Part shown: piece after piece, positions 24,607-38,100 of the stretch
How the letters are laid out: each line of letters opens with the position of its first letter
Position numbering within the stretch: the stretch's first letter is position 1
Notes under the pieces: model-generated
What the model saw: the letters and a program-made list of their open reading frames with translations, nothing else
The model's database searches: none
Told to the model about the DNA's origin: nothing
Position numbers and translations under genes: made by a program
Assembly (NCBI RefSeq): GCF_001194135.2
Contig: NC_068987.1
Span: 25,520,584 to 25,577,075, forward strand
Reading direction: 5' to 3'
DNA: 56,492 bases
Origin: Octopus bimaculoides
Taxonomy: Eukaryota

Positions 24607-25257
24607 AATCTATTTAGTAAAATGAAATAAAAGCTTGGCTAATCATTTCATATAATGAGGATGAAGATGATGGTGTTAGCAACAAGAGAAACAACAGCAA
24701 CAACAACAACAGCAACAACAACAACAATAATAATAATTCTCCAATAGTTAAATTGGTTTCGGAAATAGTTTAATCTCCGCCCAATTTCATCAGATTTCCT
24801 CTAATATAACTGTTAGTTACATTCCTTCACACCTCAACGTTTTGATAATTGTTACGTTCTAACATCTTGCTGTATAAGCGTTTGAATTATGCAAATTGGA
24901 AAAATGGCAGTATTTTAACAAGCTACTGAATTATACCCCCACCGTCACGTGTAACAACAACAACAACAACAACAATAATAATAATACATACGAAAATGAA
25001 GGCTAAAGAATATTCGAAACAACTGTAGAAAATATTACATACTTCAATATGCTAAATTTCTCGACAGCATAGATAATACCTGCTCACATTTATACGCATG
25101 CTCACATATCTCTCGTCACGCACCAACACCTGTCTATACACCTAATGCTTGAATTTAAAAATTGTTGAAAAAGTACTCCATATATACGACTAGACACTGA
25201 TTCACTAGCCACTGATTCTAGCCACTGATTCACTCCGTCGTTACTCAAAATTTCTCG

Positions 25258-25607
25258 CTGCTTGTTTCAGTCATTTGACTGCGGCCATGCTGTAACACCG
25301 CCTTTAGTCGAGAGCAAATCGACCCCAGGACTTATTCTTTGTAAGCCTACTACTTATTCTATCGTTCTCTTTTGCCGAACCACTAAGTTACGGGGACGTA
25401 AACACACCAGCATCGGTTGTCAAGCGATGTTGAGGAGACAAACACAGACACACACAAACACACACACATATACGACGGGCTTCTTTCAGCTTTGGTCAGC
25501 CCGAAGCCATAGTAGAAGACACTTGCCCAAGGTGTCATACAGAGGAACTGAACCCGGAACCATGTGGTTGGTAAGCAACCTATTTACTACACAGTCACTC
25601 CTACGCC
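25258..25607 (-). mobile_element. SINE family 1 with internal deletion, directly downstream of the 5S pseudogene
   Basis: Same family motifs. Head GGCGTAGGAGTGACTGTGTAGTAA starts at 25607. Confidence 0.9.
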
Positions 25608-25623
25608 TATAAAAGTCTGCCAC

Positions 25624-25731
25624 GCTTAAAGCACCTAGGTTTCCCAAGCGGTCACCCATCTAAGTACTCATTAGGCTCGACGTTGCTTAACTTCGGTAAT
25701 CGGACGAGAACCGGTGCTTTCAATGTGATAT
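25624..25731 (-). pseudogene. 5S rRNA pseudogene, lacking about the first 10 nt
   Basis: Reverse complement ATATCACATTGAAAGCACCGGTTCTCGTCCGATTACCGAAGTTAAGCAACGTCGAGCCTAATGAGTACTTAGATGGGTGACCGCTTGGGAAACCTAGGTGCTTTAAGC matches the metazoan 5S consensus, including A-box and C-box regions, with several substitutions. It is a solitary copy, not in an array. Confidence 0.9.
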
Positions 25732-25969
25732 ATTATCTAGGGTTGAATTACGTGTAAGTTATCCCTGGAATTTCACGTTTTCGATCTTGAGGCTTTTTAG
25801 TATTGGATACGTATAACTTCTAACAGCAATTCACAAAATTCAGCCTCAAATAAGAACTGCTACACGGTTCGAAACCATTGAGCATTCTTTCGTATGAACG
25901 TTTTCTTTTACGAGTTTTACTCCAATTAGGAAAACTGGCAGAATATGTATGTATGTACGTATGTATGTG

Positions 25970-26039
<70 letters not shown>

Positions 26040-26329
26040 TATCAAAACAAGGTAGATGTAAAAAATAGTATTCGAATACCAAAGGCAGAGAAAAAAATAT
26101 TTCATTGAAGTTAAAAAGGTTCACAGACTGTCACTCAGATATACATGCAACCAATCATCTGAGGGTCGTGAGCATTTAGCTAAATTTCTCATAACTTTGA
26201 TGATTGGATGTGTAATATGAATGTCTAAGAAACAGTTTGTGAAGCTTTTCAGCTTCATTAAAACCACTCTCTTTCTCTCACACACACGCACACACAATCA
26301 ATTCAAATAAACGAACAATAAAATTAACA

Positions 26330-26430
26330 ATAATAGACAAGAGAACGAGTGCAAGGAATGTATTATTTTGACGCTCAGTAAAACGAAAGTGATTTTGACG
26401 TTTCGAGCATAGCTCTTCGTCGTAAAAAAA
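26330..26430 (-). mobile_element. Hammerhead-bearing dispersed repeat, copy C (core degenerate)
   Basis: Minus strand reads UUUU-ACGACGA-A-GAGC-UAU-GCUC-GAAACGUC-AAAA...GAGCGUCAAAAUAAUACAU. The first two core bases CU are replaced by AC. Confidence 0.5.
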
Positions 26431-26718
26431 GAAAGGAAAAGAAATTGCCAACTGCACGTAGCATTTTGGTTTGGTCCTCGTATCTGAAGCAGTTGTATGA
26501 GCAAGTTGTGAATCGGAGGACTGATATGGAATCGGATTTATTAACAAGTAAATTATAAAAGAATATAACATATTCTTCTCTTTGAACATTGAAGAATTGA
26601 GAACTTCTCTTTGCATTTGCAAACCTTGGTCACATATTCAAAATGCAGAAATGTGTGTATGTATCTGTAAGTGTGTATATATGTGTCTGTTGTATATAAA
26701 TATATATATATGTATGTA

Positions 26719-26779
<61 letters not shown>

Positions 26780-27604
26780 CTATCTCTCTCTATATATATA
26801 TCCATCCATATACATGCGTGCATGCATACATATTTTATGCCCGCTCTACATTCAATTCATTATTTTGCTGACTGCATTTGACAATGCTATGTTTTCGATA
26901 TAGTTGTTGCTATCAGCAAATATAAATCAATTAGTTGATTAGTAGTTGTATCAGCAATATGTATTGTATGCAAAGCTTTCGCTGTTCAATATGATCATGA
27001 AAGAGTCTTGAGAAAAACAAAAGCAACAGAAAAAGCGCCGAAACTGAGATATAAACAGAATCGAGCATGTTTTTGGCAGAGTATACAGCATTGTTTATTT
27101 GCTTGCCCTTGAGAAATATATTTCCTGTTTCTCAGTCATAATCAATATCATTGAGAAGTTAATTGGCCAGGGAAGTTTATGAAACAACTTGATTAATCTA
27201 TTGTCAAATCTATAGAAAAAAAGAATTAAACAAAATTCGAAAATGTATCTCACAAACAATTTCTCACTGCAATCGAAGAAAATGACGTCCATTTTGCTTA
27301 TTTAACTAACAATTACGTTCGTAAAATTCTAGTTTACCGTATCTTTGCGAGCTTTTGTTTTAGAAATTAGAACAATTAATTTTATATATATTGCTTTTAT
27401 TTTCTTCACACTGGATCTGATCTAACTTCGAGTATAATTTTTTACTTTTCTTTACCGTCCACACATATAACGTAGATACATGTGTTTTACTAGGTTTTCG
27501 ACCCAAAATATTTGTATCTAAAATGTTAGGTAGTTTGTAAATTAATGAAGCGGCAGTTTTTCTCATGAATATTGAGACGTAATAATCTTAGAAGAAGGTT
27601 TAGT

Positions 27605-27750
27605 CAATTGCTAAGAAGTTCGCTTCACAATTGTAAGTTATAGTGGTGGGTTCGACCTCTGGGTCTCTTATCTTTGGCAAATGTATTTTACCATAGCCTC
27701 GGATCGATTTATGCACTATGAGTGAAAATGGTGACGCTTCAGGTCAATAG
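27605..27750 (+). mobile_element. Highly diverged SINE family 1 5' part
   Basis: AAGAAGTTCGCTTCACAA...GGGTTCGACC...CTTTGGCAAATGTATTTTACCATAGCCTCGG. Confidence 0.5.
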
Positions 27751-27959
27751 AACCTGTCAAGTGGATTGTAACTGCTATTCGAAGCGCCGTCCATGTTACA
27801 TATTGGCTTGGAAATTAGGTCAAGAATGCACGTATCACATATTATTTCAACGAGTAATTCAGCTGATGTAATAAATAAATGCTCATCATCGAAACCCAAG
27901 GAACGCCAATATATCTAATCTCTTCGATTTCCTCTTGTTCCAGGACAAGATCTTTATTT

Positions 27960-28175
27960 CTATTTAATATTGATTTAAAATTTTGGCACTAGGCCAGCAA
28001 GTTCGGGGGAGGGCCTAATCGATTACATCGACTCCAGTTTTCAAATGGTACTTATTTTATCGACCCCTAAAAGATAGCAGTGTCAACCTCGGCGGAATTT
28101 GAACTCAGAACGTAAAAACGGACGAAATGCCGCTAAGCATTTTACCCGGCGTGCTAAGGATTCTGCCAGCTCACT
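27960..28175 (-). mobile_element. SINE family 2 variant
   Basis: GGTACTTATTTTATCGACCCC...CCTCGGCGGAATTTGAACTCAGAACG...GATTCTGCCAGCTCAC. Confidence 0.8.
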
Positions 28176-28844
28176 TTCTTTTTTCTTTTATTTAATGTTA
28201 AGCTTTATAATATTTAGTCTTGTCTCGAGTTCGATATTTCAGTTTGTGTTGTTCGGGCTCCATAAAATATCAAATAAAATATTGGAGACCTACAAAATTA
28301 GGTGACGTTTGTTTGTGTCGGCAAAACTGCTTCGTGTGTTGGTTCTGATTGTTAGAAATGAGACTCAAAATTTGCTCTCGTAAATACATTTGGCATTCTT
28401 ATAAATAAAGGCAACATTGTACAATGCAGTCTGGGTGCATTATGTCTAAAAATAACAACAAACAAACGAGCGCTATGATTACAGTTAGAATATCTGTGAT
28501 TAGGGCAAAACACGGTCAAAATAACAACTTCATTAACGACAGCAACCATTAAAATAAAATTTTCTTGTACAATAAGAAGAGATGAGTCCTGAAATTTCAA
28601 ACAATTTTTTCTAATCTTCCAAATGAACACAAACATCATCTCCCAACCTCGCTCCCACCATTCCATCTCGTTAGAAAATTACTCGTGTTTTCTTTGAAAG
28701 AATTTCGTATTGTTTCTTAAAGAAATTAATTTCAATTCTCATACAAGCAATTATTATTTTCGAAAGTATATTTTATTTCATGCATTATTTTGTTGCTATT
28801 GTTGTTAATATTCTTGCCATGACAATCATTTTCAAATATATATG

Positions 28845-28960
28845 TATGTATATATATATGTACATGTATATATATATGTACATGTATATATATATGTACA
28901 TGTATATATATATGTACATGTATATATATGTACATGTATATATATATGTACATGTATGTA
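28845..28960. repeat. 16-18-bp minisatellite GTACATGTATATATATAT
   Basis: About six tandem units with a TACATGTA palindromic core. Confidence 0.85.
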
Positions 28961-30159
28961 TATATATATATATATATATANNNNNNNNNNNNNNNNNNNN
29001 NNNNNNNNNNNNNNNNNNNNNNNNNNNNNNNNNNNNNNNNNNNNNNNNNNNNNNNNNNNNNNNNNNNNNNNNNNNNNNNNNNNNNNNNNNNNNNNNNNNN
29101 NNNNNNNNNNNNNNNNNNNNNNNNNNNNNNNNNNNNNNNNNNNNNNNNNNNNNNNNNNNNNNNNNNNNNNNNNNNNNNNNNNNNNNNNNNNNNNNNNNNN
29201 NNNNNNNNNNNNNNNNNNNNNNNNNNNNNNNNNNNNNNNNNNNNNNNNNNNNNNNNNNNNNNNNNNNNNNNNNNNNNNNNNNNNNNNNNNNNNNNNNNNN
29301 NNNNNNTATATATAGTTGATTGAGAGAATTAAGAATAATGCAATTTCCGGTCGGTGACATACTTAATTTGATTTTCGCAATCAGCCAGAGTATGTATGCA
29401 TTTCTGCCGTTCGTACTGTTTTTGTTGTTGTTGTTGTTTATTTTTTTAAAAATGTGTTTGTTTGTTTTTTTAATATTTGTTGTTAGTCCATTTCGCGCTT
29501 GCTTAATTAATCAACAGCAACAACAAATCTCCGCCACCATCACCTTTTCAATACTATAAGCACTACCAGCACCGGCACCAGCACACTTCACCAACACTAT
29601 CGCTAAGACCGCTTCTGTAAACAGCAACGACTAACTTGTCTCCAGTGTAGCACCACCACTATCGTTCTCATTATTTCTATAATAGCAAGCATAACATCAA
29701 CAGCTTGCTGTATTTCATTTAGTTCATCTGATAATGCACTGCTTAAGTAATAGTGGGACACATTTTAGTGACTTTGTAGTCTTGCACCCGGTGCAACCTT
29801 ACAACGTTAATGGAACATTCCTAAACCAACACCACTGCTCCCCCTCCACTACAATTGCAACCGTCACTACTGCTACTACTACTGCTGCTGCTGCTGCTAT
29901 TACCATCATTATCACCATTATCAGCGGCACCACTACCACCTCCTTGATTACCATAACAACCGCTAAGATTGGAGGCACTTTATTTCATGAAGTCACATGA
30001 AAGTAGATATATACATACGTATATATATATATATATNNNNNNNNNNNNNNNNNNNNNNNNNNNNNNNNNNNNNNNNNNNNNNNNNNNNNNNNNNNNNNNN
30101 NNNNNNNNNNNNNNNNNNNNNNNNNNNNNNNNNNNNNNNNNNNNNNNNNNNNNNNNTAT

Positions 30160-30538
30160 TATTACCTCCGCCTTAGCGAAGGCGGAGGTATTGTTTTTCA
30201 GTTGTGTTTGTTTGTTTGTTTGTTTGTTTGTTTATTTATAGACATGATATCTCAAGAACCGCTGGATGGATTCAGATGAAACTTTCAGGGATGTTTGGCC
30301 TCGTGACTGGCACGAACTGAGTACATTTGGAGATCGATCCGGTACCGGACAAGAATTCTGGATTATTTTTCCAGTATTTTGCTTAATTTTTGAGAGCGGT
30401 CGGGTTCATTTTTAGTATTCTCATTTATGAGAGCAGTTGTATTTATTTCAGATATTCTCATTTTAAAAATCATCTCCGGCTAATCATTCAGAGGACGTTG
30501 GGGTTGCCTTGGTGGAGGTGTGTGTTCTCTGAGTGCTC

Positions 30539-30540
<2 letters not shown>
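30160..30540 (+). mobile_element. Helentron-associated (DINE-1/HINE-like) non-autonomous element
   Basis: 5' palindrome TACCTCCGCCTT-AGCG-AAGGCGGAGGTA, a (GTTT)n tract just inside, a 3' subterminal inverted copy CCTTGGTGGAGGT and a terminal ...TCTCTGAGTGC hairpin-like end followed by (ATT)n. This is the layout described for DINE-1/HINE elements. Confidence 0.7.
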
Positions 30541-30578
<38 letters not shown>

Positions 30579-30801
30579 TTAAAACAGTTTTATTCGGTCC
30601 CATGTGACTTTAAGTTTCACGGTCCTCTAACACACTCATCTCTTTCAGGCTTACACATACACACTCATATGTAAGCATGCACGCGTGCACAGAAGCTTAT
30701 ACATAAGAATATTCTAAAGAATCTCATAATGTTTAAATATAAGTTAGTTTATTCAATTCCACTTTCTCCCTCCTCCTTTCTCTGTCTCTCTCTATCTTAT
30801 C

Positions 30802-30838
<37 letters not shown>

Positions 30839-31208
30839 ACATATACATAAATGAATATATATATATATATATATATTTTGATACAAACATGCGTGCGTGT
30901 GTGTGCGTGTACACACACACAGGATCAAGTTATAAATCGATATATAAATATACGTACCAATAGTGATGGTGATGAATGAATTTGTTGTTACTGCTGATGG
31001 GGTTGACGGTAACGACTGCTGCTGCTGCTGCCGTCGCCGCCGCTGCTGCTGCTGCTAATGATACTTCTGCTGGTGATGATTGGTTGTAGTGATACTTTTG
31101 AGGATGGTGATGGCCTTGATAATGGTAAACTCGGCTCTGGTCGTATTGATTATGAATATAAATTGATGGTACACAGCATGGCATCGTAGTCAGAGTAAGG
31201 ATGATTCC

Positions 31209-31209
<1 letters not shown>

Positions 31210-31266
<57 letters not shown>

Positions 31267-31280
31267 TGTTGTTGTTGTTC
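31210..31280. repeat. (TAG)n followed by (GTT)n
   Basis: Direct reading. Confidence 0.95.
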
Positions 31281-31580
31281 TCGCTTTGTGGTTTAGCTCT
31301 TGGTTAGATTTTGCTCAGTTCAGACCTACAATCAAAATGTCTCCAAGCCATGAACGTCACGTCCGCAGAAAAGCATATGTAAGATAAGGTGTACATATTC
31401 TTTTATTAATTTATTTTTTTGATGCGTTTCAGCCCCCAAAGCTGTGGCCATGCTGGGACACAGCTATATTACATTATATATTTTTTTTAAATATTGGTAG
31501 GGTGTCATTTAGGACGATACATTTGACTACTATTTCTAACATCTCTAACGACCACATAGAAGCTACCTCGTTATTGACAT
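31270..31580 (-). mobile_element. Old retroposon family 5, tail merged with (TAG)n/(GTT)n
   Basis: CAGACCTACAATCAAAATGTCTCCAAGCCATGA and GGTAGGGTGTCATTTAGG...CTATTTCTAAC...GACCACATAGAAGCTACCTCGTT. Confidence 0.45.
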
Positions 31581-31992
31581 CGATGGTGGTGGTGGTGGTG
31601 GTGATAGTGGTGGTGGTAATGGTTGGGTTGATGATAGGTTAATTGGCGATAATGGTAAAAGTGGTTCTTTCTGTGTTGATAAGCGATGGTCGTTATGGTA
31701 ACTGTTTTATTAATATCACCATCATTATCATCATTATCATCATTATGTAGTAGTAGTAGTAGTAGTAGTAGTAGTAATAGATAGTGCTCATAAGGATCCT
31801 ATAACGCGCACATGCGCATATTTATGCATATACACACAAGCATACACATATGGGTATGTATGTATGTATGTATGTACGTACGTACGTATGTATATCTGTG
31901 TGTATGCATATATCTATATGTACATGTATGAATATATATATGTATGTACATATACATATGTATATGTATGCCTATATTTATTTTTATACACA

Positions 31993-32043
<51 letters not shown>

Positions 32044-32823
32044 CAAAAATAAATGAGTATATCGATATATACGTACATGTATGTACATACCTACATCTAC
32101 ATGTATATATATATATATATATTCACTATAATCATACGTACATTTAGCGTGCATTTTAATTCCATTCCGCATCTACTCTCAGACTTGACTCCATGTTTTT
32201 TTCTCAGAAACTGAGTGGGGGATTTCAACTTTAGCAGTTAAAAGGTAATCGAATACAGAAGGAGGACCTTGTAATCTTATTAACTAAACCTCCTCCTACC
32301 CCATCCCACCACCACTTTCGATAAAGGGGAAATCAATCATACTTTAGCCAATAATTCATCATTTAGATAATATATTGATCAACGTCCTTCAATTGATTTT
32401 CATGTGTCGTTTCGTATCGTTTGTGTGAAAGTGTATGTATACGTGTGTGTGTGTGTGTTTCCCGCTTTTTCTGTTTTTGATACTTTTGCATTTGCTCTCC
32501 TAAAATCTAGCTCATGAATCGATCAATGTTTTCAAAATGCTGAACGGAAAAAAAATGCTACGTATATTTCATATTGATTTTGTGTTAGCTTATACATACA
32601 TATATATACGCATACACACATATGTATATACATATATGTATATACATATACATACATAAAAATACATATATCTACATATATATATATGTGTGTGTGTATG
32701 TGTGTGCGTGTATCTTATTGTATACTTGTTCTATAACGGTTCCATTAAGTCTGGTGACGAATTACTAGCACAAACATATATACATGCATGTTGTATATGT
32801 AAATAAATAGATATACATACATA

Positions 32824-32870
<47 letters not shown>

Positions 32871-32940
32871 ACAACTTTCACATATAGCTTTTTTACTCAT
32901 ACCCATGCAAGTTAGCATACATAAGCAAGCACTAACACAC

Positions 32941-32971
<31 letters not shown>

Positions 32972-33615
32972 AAACACACACACACACACACACACAAACA
33001 AACAAACCTACGTATTAGCTACTTTCATATCTCAAATCTTATCCTATTAAAATCACTATAGCTCTTAAGGTTTAAATCATGGCTCAACTAGACCAGTTTT
33101 ATAGCTTTCGTCTCCCAATACTGCAGATATATATATCCGTGTGTATGTGTGCAAATTAAAGATAACGCAGAATTTGAATTCAAGAATGCTTTTAAATTCT
33201 AGTTTCGTTTTGCGGATATTTTGAATTTCCGGAAATATTAAAATCCTTGAATGTATTGAATTCTTTCAACGTATTTTTTTTTTCAATTACTGAGATACCA
33301 CTTTACCAACTGGGCTGAGTTCCTTTTTAACTATTGTTCGTTTGTACATTGTACTGTTATTTATGCATATGTACATGTGCTTGTATACATGTATGTGTGT
33401 GTATATATGTGCGTGTGTGTGTGTGTGTGAGAGAGAGAGAGCGTGTTAATATATGTGTGTGTGTGTGTTTCAGAGTGGTGTCTGTATACTTATGATGAAG
33501 TAAATAATTGACTAATGATATAAATTCTAAACCAGTTTAGATCAAAGGATACGGTGGTTTATTTTTTAAGCGTGGATATAACAAGGATACAACGAACAAG
33601 ACTTGAATGTGGGCG

Positions 33616-33663
<48 letters not shown>

Positions 33664-34184
33664 TCACTACGTATATGCACGTATGTTCTTTGAGATTTAT
33701 CTAAGTTTTTCGCTCTACACAAGCCGGTCGCTAACAAGCTAACAAAGTAACAAGGGATCTTTGTTTGAATTAAGACTGTTCCAGTGATTTGTGAATACGT
33801 GAATGCATGTATTGATATTCTTGCATTCATCTAATGGGTGTGTATGGTTCTTCGGTAAGCCAGTGTTATGCCTTGTTTTTAAGTATGTACGTGTGACTGG
33901 ATCACTGGACTAACATATGTCTTTCAAAAATACGAATAACAATCCAGCAAGTTTTTTGTGTCAAGGTTACCATTACTGAATAACAACCAAGACCATACAA
34001 ACATTTCGGTCCTTCTGCCTAGAGTAGAAAAGAATATTTTGTTGTTGCTGTTGTTTCTGTTGTTACATTACTTGCCGATGCTCAGCATTTGATGATATTG
34101 GAAAAGGATCCAGTCAAGGAAATCATGAAACTGTTTTAAGCAGTGCCTTTCTGGTTTAGACTAGACTTAAATTCCTTCCAATTA

Positions 34185-34370
34185 GGGTAATAAGGCCTAC
34201 AATTTGGGGGAAGAGAAGGAGCTGGTCGATTACATCGATCCCCAGTGCTCAATTGGTACTTATTATATCGACGCTGTAAGGATTGAAGGCAAAGTCGATG
34301 TCGGCGGCATTTGAAATCAGAATGTAAAGCCGGATGAAATGCCACTGAGCCTTTCCTCTGGCACGGAGAT
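34185..34370 (-). mobile_element. SINE family 2b, diverged
   Basis: GGTCGATTACATCGATCCCCAGTG...GGTACTTATT...GGCAAAGTCGATGTCGGCGGCATTTGAA. Confidence 0.75.
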
Positions 34371-34403
34371 TAACAACAATAAATGAATTTATATTTCGCT
34401 TAA

Positions 34404-34444
<41 letters not shown>

Positions 34445-34453
34445 TCTCACACA

Positions 34454-34518
<65 letters not shown>

Positions 34519-34953
34519 GTTCGTGCGCGTGCAAGTAACCTAGTGCAGTTTCCTTCGTTTGACTCCAACTAGATATCATTTCTGCCACGGATATATCGGT
34601 ATTTTGGTTAAACATTTGCTCAGCCTAATTTCTGTTGAATTGTTCATACATCATAGAAGTGATCGATATACATTCTTATTAGTTGCTGAACGATTGATTC
34701 ATCTTAGAAAAAGCAAGATTGTTTTTGTTGTGTTTTTTATCGAGCGTATTCCTTCCTCTCCTCTCCCAAAAAAGTCTTTACCACATAAAGTAAGATGAGA
34801 ATTAGATGCAGGTTTTCCAATCCTGGTTAGAAGCTACTTCATTTAATTTTAGGTGTTCTTATACTATTGTTATTAGAAAACTTAATAAGCTGTCCGTTTA
34901 TGCCCACCACTTGAACTCCAGGGAAATATGTATTGTGTATCACATGTAATAAT

Positions 34954-35164
34954 GGAGGCGCATTGGGTCAGTGGTTAGAGCGTCGGGTTCACAATCATGA
35001 CGTAGTGATTCCGATTCCCAGACCGACTTGCGTGTTGTGTTCTTGAGCAAGACACTTTATTTCACGTTGCTCCAGTTCACTCAGACGCAGAAATGAGTTG
35101 CGATGCCACTGGTGCCAAGCTGTATTGGTCTTTGCCTTTCCTTTGGATAACATCGATGGCGTGG
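34954..35164 (+). mobile_element. SINE family 4a, 3'-truncated
   Basis: GGAGGCGCATTGGGTCAGTGGTTAGAGC head and CORE-like GTTCTTGAGCAAGACACTTTATTTCACGTTGCTCCAG. Confidence 0.8.
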
Positions 35165-35464
35165 TCTATCACATATAATACGCATGACAGATAAAGGGTG
35201 AAATTTAGAAGCTTTCTTTGTGAAGCGTGAAATCATTATTGGTGACCTGAATCCTTAACGTGCTAAAAGTACGTTTAACTTGTACTGTTAATGTTACGAG
35301 AAATGCATGAATGTCACAACTGATCACTGATCCTAAAATATTGGATTAACATGTTTAATCCAAGATGTTATTCGTTTCACCTACTTCGCAAATGTTTTTT
35401 GGATAGACATGGATTTTACACCATCCAATTTGTCTTATAAGTCTAAAAGGTGATTCTCTTACTG

Positions 35465-35775
35465 ATTTAAGTCATTAGACTGCGGTCATGCTGGAGCACC
35501 GCCTTCAGGAGTTTAATCGATCAAATCGCCCCTGTACTTCTTCTTTCGACGTATTTGCTGAACCGGTTGTCATGCTGGAGCACCGCTTTCAAGAGTGTAA
35601 TCAAACGAATCGCCCTCTGTACTTATTTTTTCGACCCTATTTGCCGAAACGGCTGGTTTCTCGCAAGTTTCCTTTTATCAAATTCCACTCCCAGGATAAT
35701 GGTCAACCTGAGGCCACATTAGAAAACATTTGCTCAAGACGTCAGACAGTGAGATCGAAACAGCAATCACATAGT
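35465..35775 (-). mobile_element. Degraded SINE family 1 with a tandem duplication of about 87 bp
   Basis: GTCATGCTGGAGCACCGC occurs twice (about 35486 and 35568), each followed by similar AATCG...CCCTGTACTT...TTTCGAC sequence. Confidence 0.7.
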
Positions 35776-37114
35776 TGCATTCGAACTTCTTAACCACCAC
35801 CTAATTGCAAGCAAGCCTTGTTGCAATTCAGACTTTCAGAAGGATCAGTACTGGGCAGATCAATGGTCAGTGGAAAAAGTTTGGGTATACACTGTATCGC
35901 AAGCCAATGAAAAGGTAGAATGTCGTTGTTTTATTCTCATTTAATTTTATTTTTAATTATGTATTTATGTATTGTTTTCCTTTGTTTTAATGGGTTTTAA
36001 TTTATGTCGTTAACCAAATATTATCACCTCGCAAATGATACTTTGTTCATGGCAACTAAAGATCGTAAAAGATTGCTAAATGTAACTGAACAATCCCTCT
36101 GATTATTTTTCATTCTTTAATTTCTTTCTTTTCTCCACCACCCCTCCCCCCGCCACCTTTATTAATCCACCAAAACCTAACAACCGACTTCAATCGGTCC
36201 ATTTCGCTCGCTTCCGATCTTTCTCGACTTTGATCGGTCTTCATCGGCGTCGATCGGTCGGCTCTCATTTCAACGAAACTATAGCTAGATTTAATTATAC
36301 CCTATCCAAATCGATAGACTGGCTACTGAAGACAGTCCACTAACGTTCAGTAATCGATTTACGTTGAAGAGTAACGAAAGTGAGAGGGAGAGAGAGGTTG
36401 TAAGGGTAGAAGTAATCAATATTCTTCCTACAAACCCTTTCACCCCAACCAGTTATGCCTTTTCTAGTTCGTATGATCGTTTCCTACACCCCACTCAATA
36501 ACCACCCAATCACGAACTGTTTTGGGGTGTTATTTTTTTTTTTCATTTTCTGTTATGGTACTCTTGTGGAACTGTCTAGTTGCAGTAAAACTTCAGGAAT
36601 GTTCTCATCAGTTCTTCCTCCAATTCCAACTCGTTCGTCACCTCATTCTTCTAGTTGTACCCTCCATTCACATAATCCTCTTCCTCTTTTTATCTTTCTC
36701 TCATACTTTTTCATCTGCTTATTATTCCTTTTTTCATCTTTCTTCAATCCCATCTGCCCCCAACTCACACCTTGTTACACACTCTCACAAACCTAGATCA
36801 ACTTCGTTCTTTGTTTACTTTATTAAAGCTAATGTTACCGAGAGGTGATATACCGCTGGCGATATAAGTTCGATTCTCGGTTGAGCCATTTTGACCTATC
36901 TTAATCATTGTATCTGCAGTCTTCAACTAACTAGAATGGAATTGGTCGATGCTAATTGATTTGTCCAACCAGATATAATACATGAGATCGAAACATTCAG
37001 TGGTGACCCAAAGATATATAATGGGCTGTGCAACGTATTTACTTTTCAAGTTTAGTGCATAGTTCTGAATAATTATTGTAACACCACCCATCATCTTACA
37101 TTATCTCATTCATT

Positions 37115-37210
37115 CCTGACTTTGCCTTTAATCTTTTTGGGGGTTGATAAAATAAGTACCAGTTGTGTACTGGCTCGATCTAATCGACGGGTCCCTTTCC
37201 TCAAAATCAC
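37115..37210 (+). mobile_element. SINE family 2 central-domain fragment
   Basis: GACTTTGCCTTTAATCTTTTTGGGGGTTGATAAAATAAGTACCAGTTG...TCGATCTAATCGAC. Confidence 0.7.
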
Positions 37211-38100
37211 TGACGAATTATTTCATCCAAGATGTTAAAGACAAGGGCTGTCAGGAATAGCATGTTGATATAAATTTATGTTTTGTGGTGAGTTTGCATT
37301 GTGTGTATGTATAGCATATATATANNNNNNNNNNNNNNNNNNNNNNNNNNNNNNNNNNNNNNNNNNNNNNNNNNNNNNNNNNNNNNNNNNNNNNNNNNNN
37401 NNNNNNNNNNNNNNNNNNNNNNNNNNNNNNNNNNNNNNNNNNNNNNNNNNNNNNNNNNNNNNNNNNNNNNNNNNNNNNNNNNNNNNNNNNNNNNNNNNNN
37501 NNNNNNNNNNNNNNNNNNNNNNNNNNNNNNNNNNNNNNNNNNNNNNNNNNNNNNNNNNNNNNNNNNNNNNNNNNNNNNNNNNNNNNNNNNNNNNNNNNNN
37601 NNNNNNNNNNNNNNNNNNNNNNNNNNNNNNNNNNNNNNNNNNNNNNNNNNNNNNNNNNNNNNNNNNNNNNNNNNNNNNNNNNNNNNNNNNNNNNNNNNNN
37701 NNNNNNNNNNNNNNNNNNNNNNNNNNNNNNNNNNNNNNNNNNNNNNNNNNNNNNNNNNNNNNNNNNNNNNNNNNNNNNNNNNNNNNNNNNNNNNNNNNNN
37801 NNNNNNNNNNNNNNNNNNNNNNNNNNNNNNNNNNNNNNNNNNNNNNNNNNNNNNNNNNNNNNNNNNNNNNNNNNNNNNNNNNNNNNNNNNNNNNNNNNNN
37901 NNNNNNNNNNNNNNNNNNNNNNNNNNNNNNNNNNNNNNNNNNNNNNNNNNNNNNNNNNNNNNNNNNNNNNNNNNNNNNNNNNNNNNNNNNNNNNNNNNNN
38001 NNNNNNNNNNNNNNNNNNNNNNNNNNNNNNNNNNNNNNNNNNNNNNNNNNNNNNNNNNNNNNNNNNNNNNNNNNNNNNATATATATATATATATATATAT

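Noticed and set aside
28845-28960. Regular short repeats as a CRISPR-like array
   Set aside because: No unique spacers, eukaryotic context, simple minisatellite.
29510-29960. Thr/Ala/His-rich ORFs from degenerate trinucleotide tracts (also near 30930-31184, 40250-40380, 41640-41960)
   Set aside because: Decayed CAC/CAG/GGT microsatellites with no splice or homology support.
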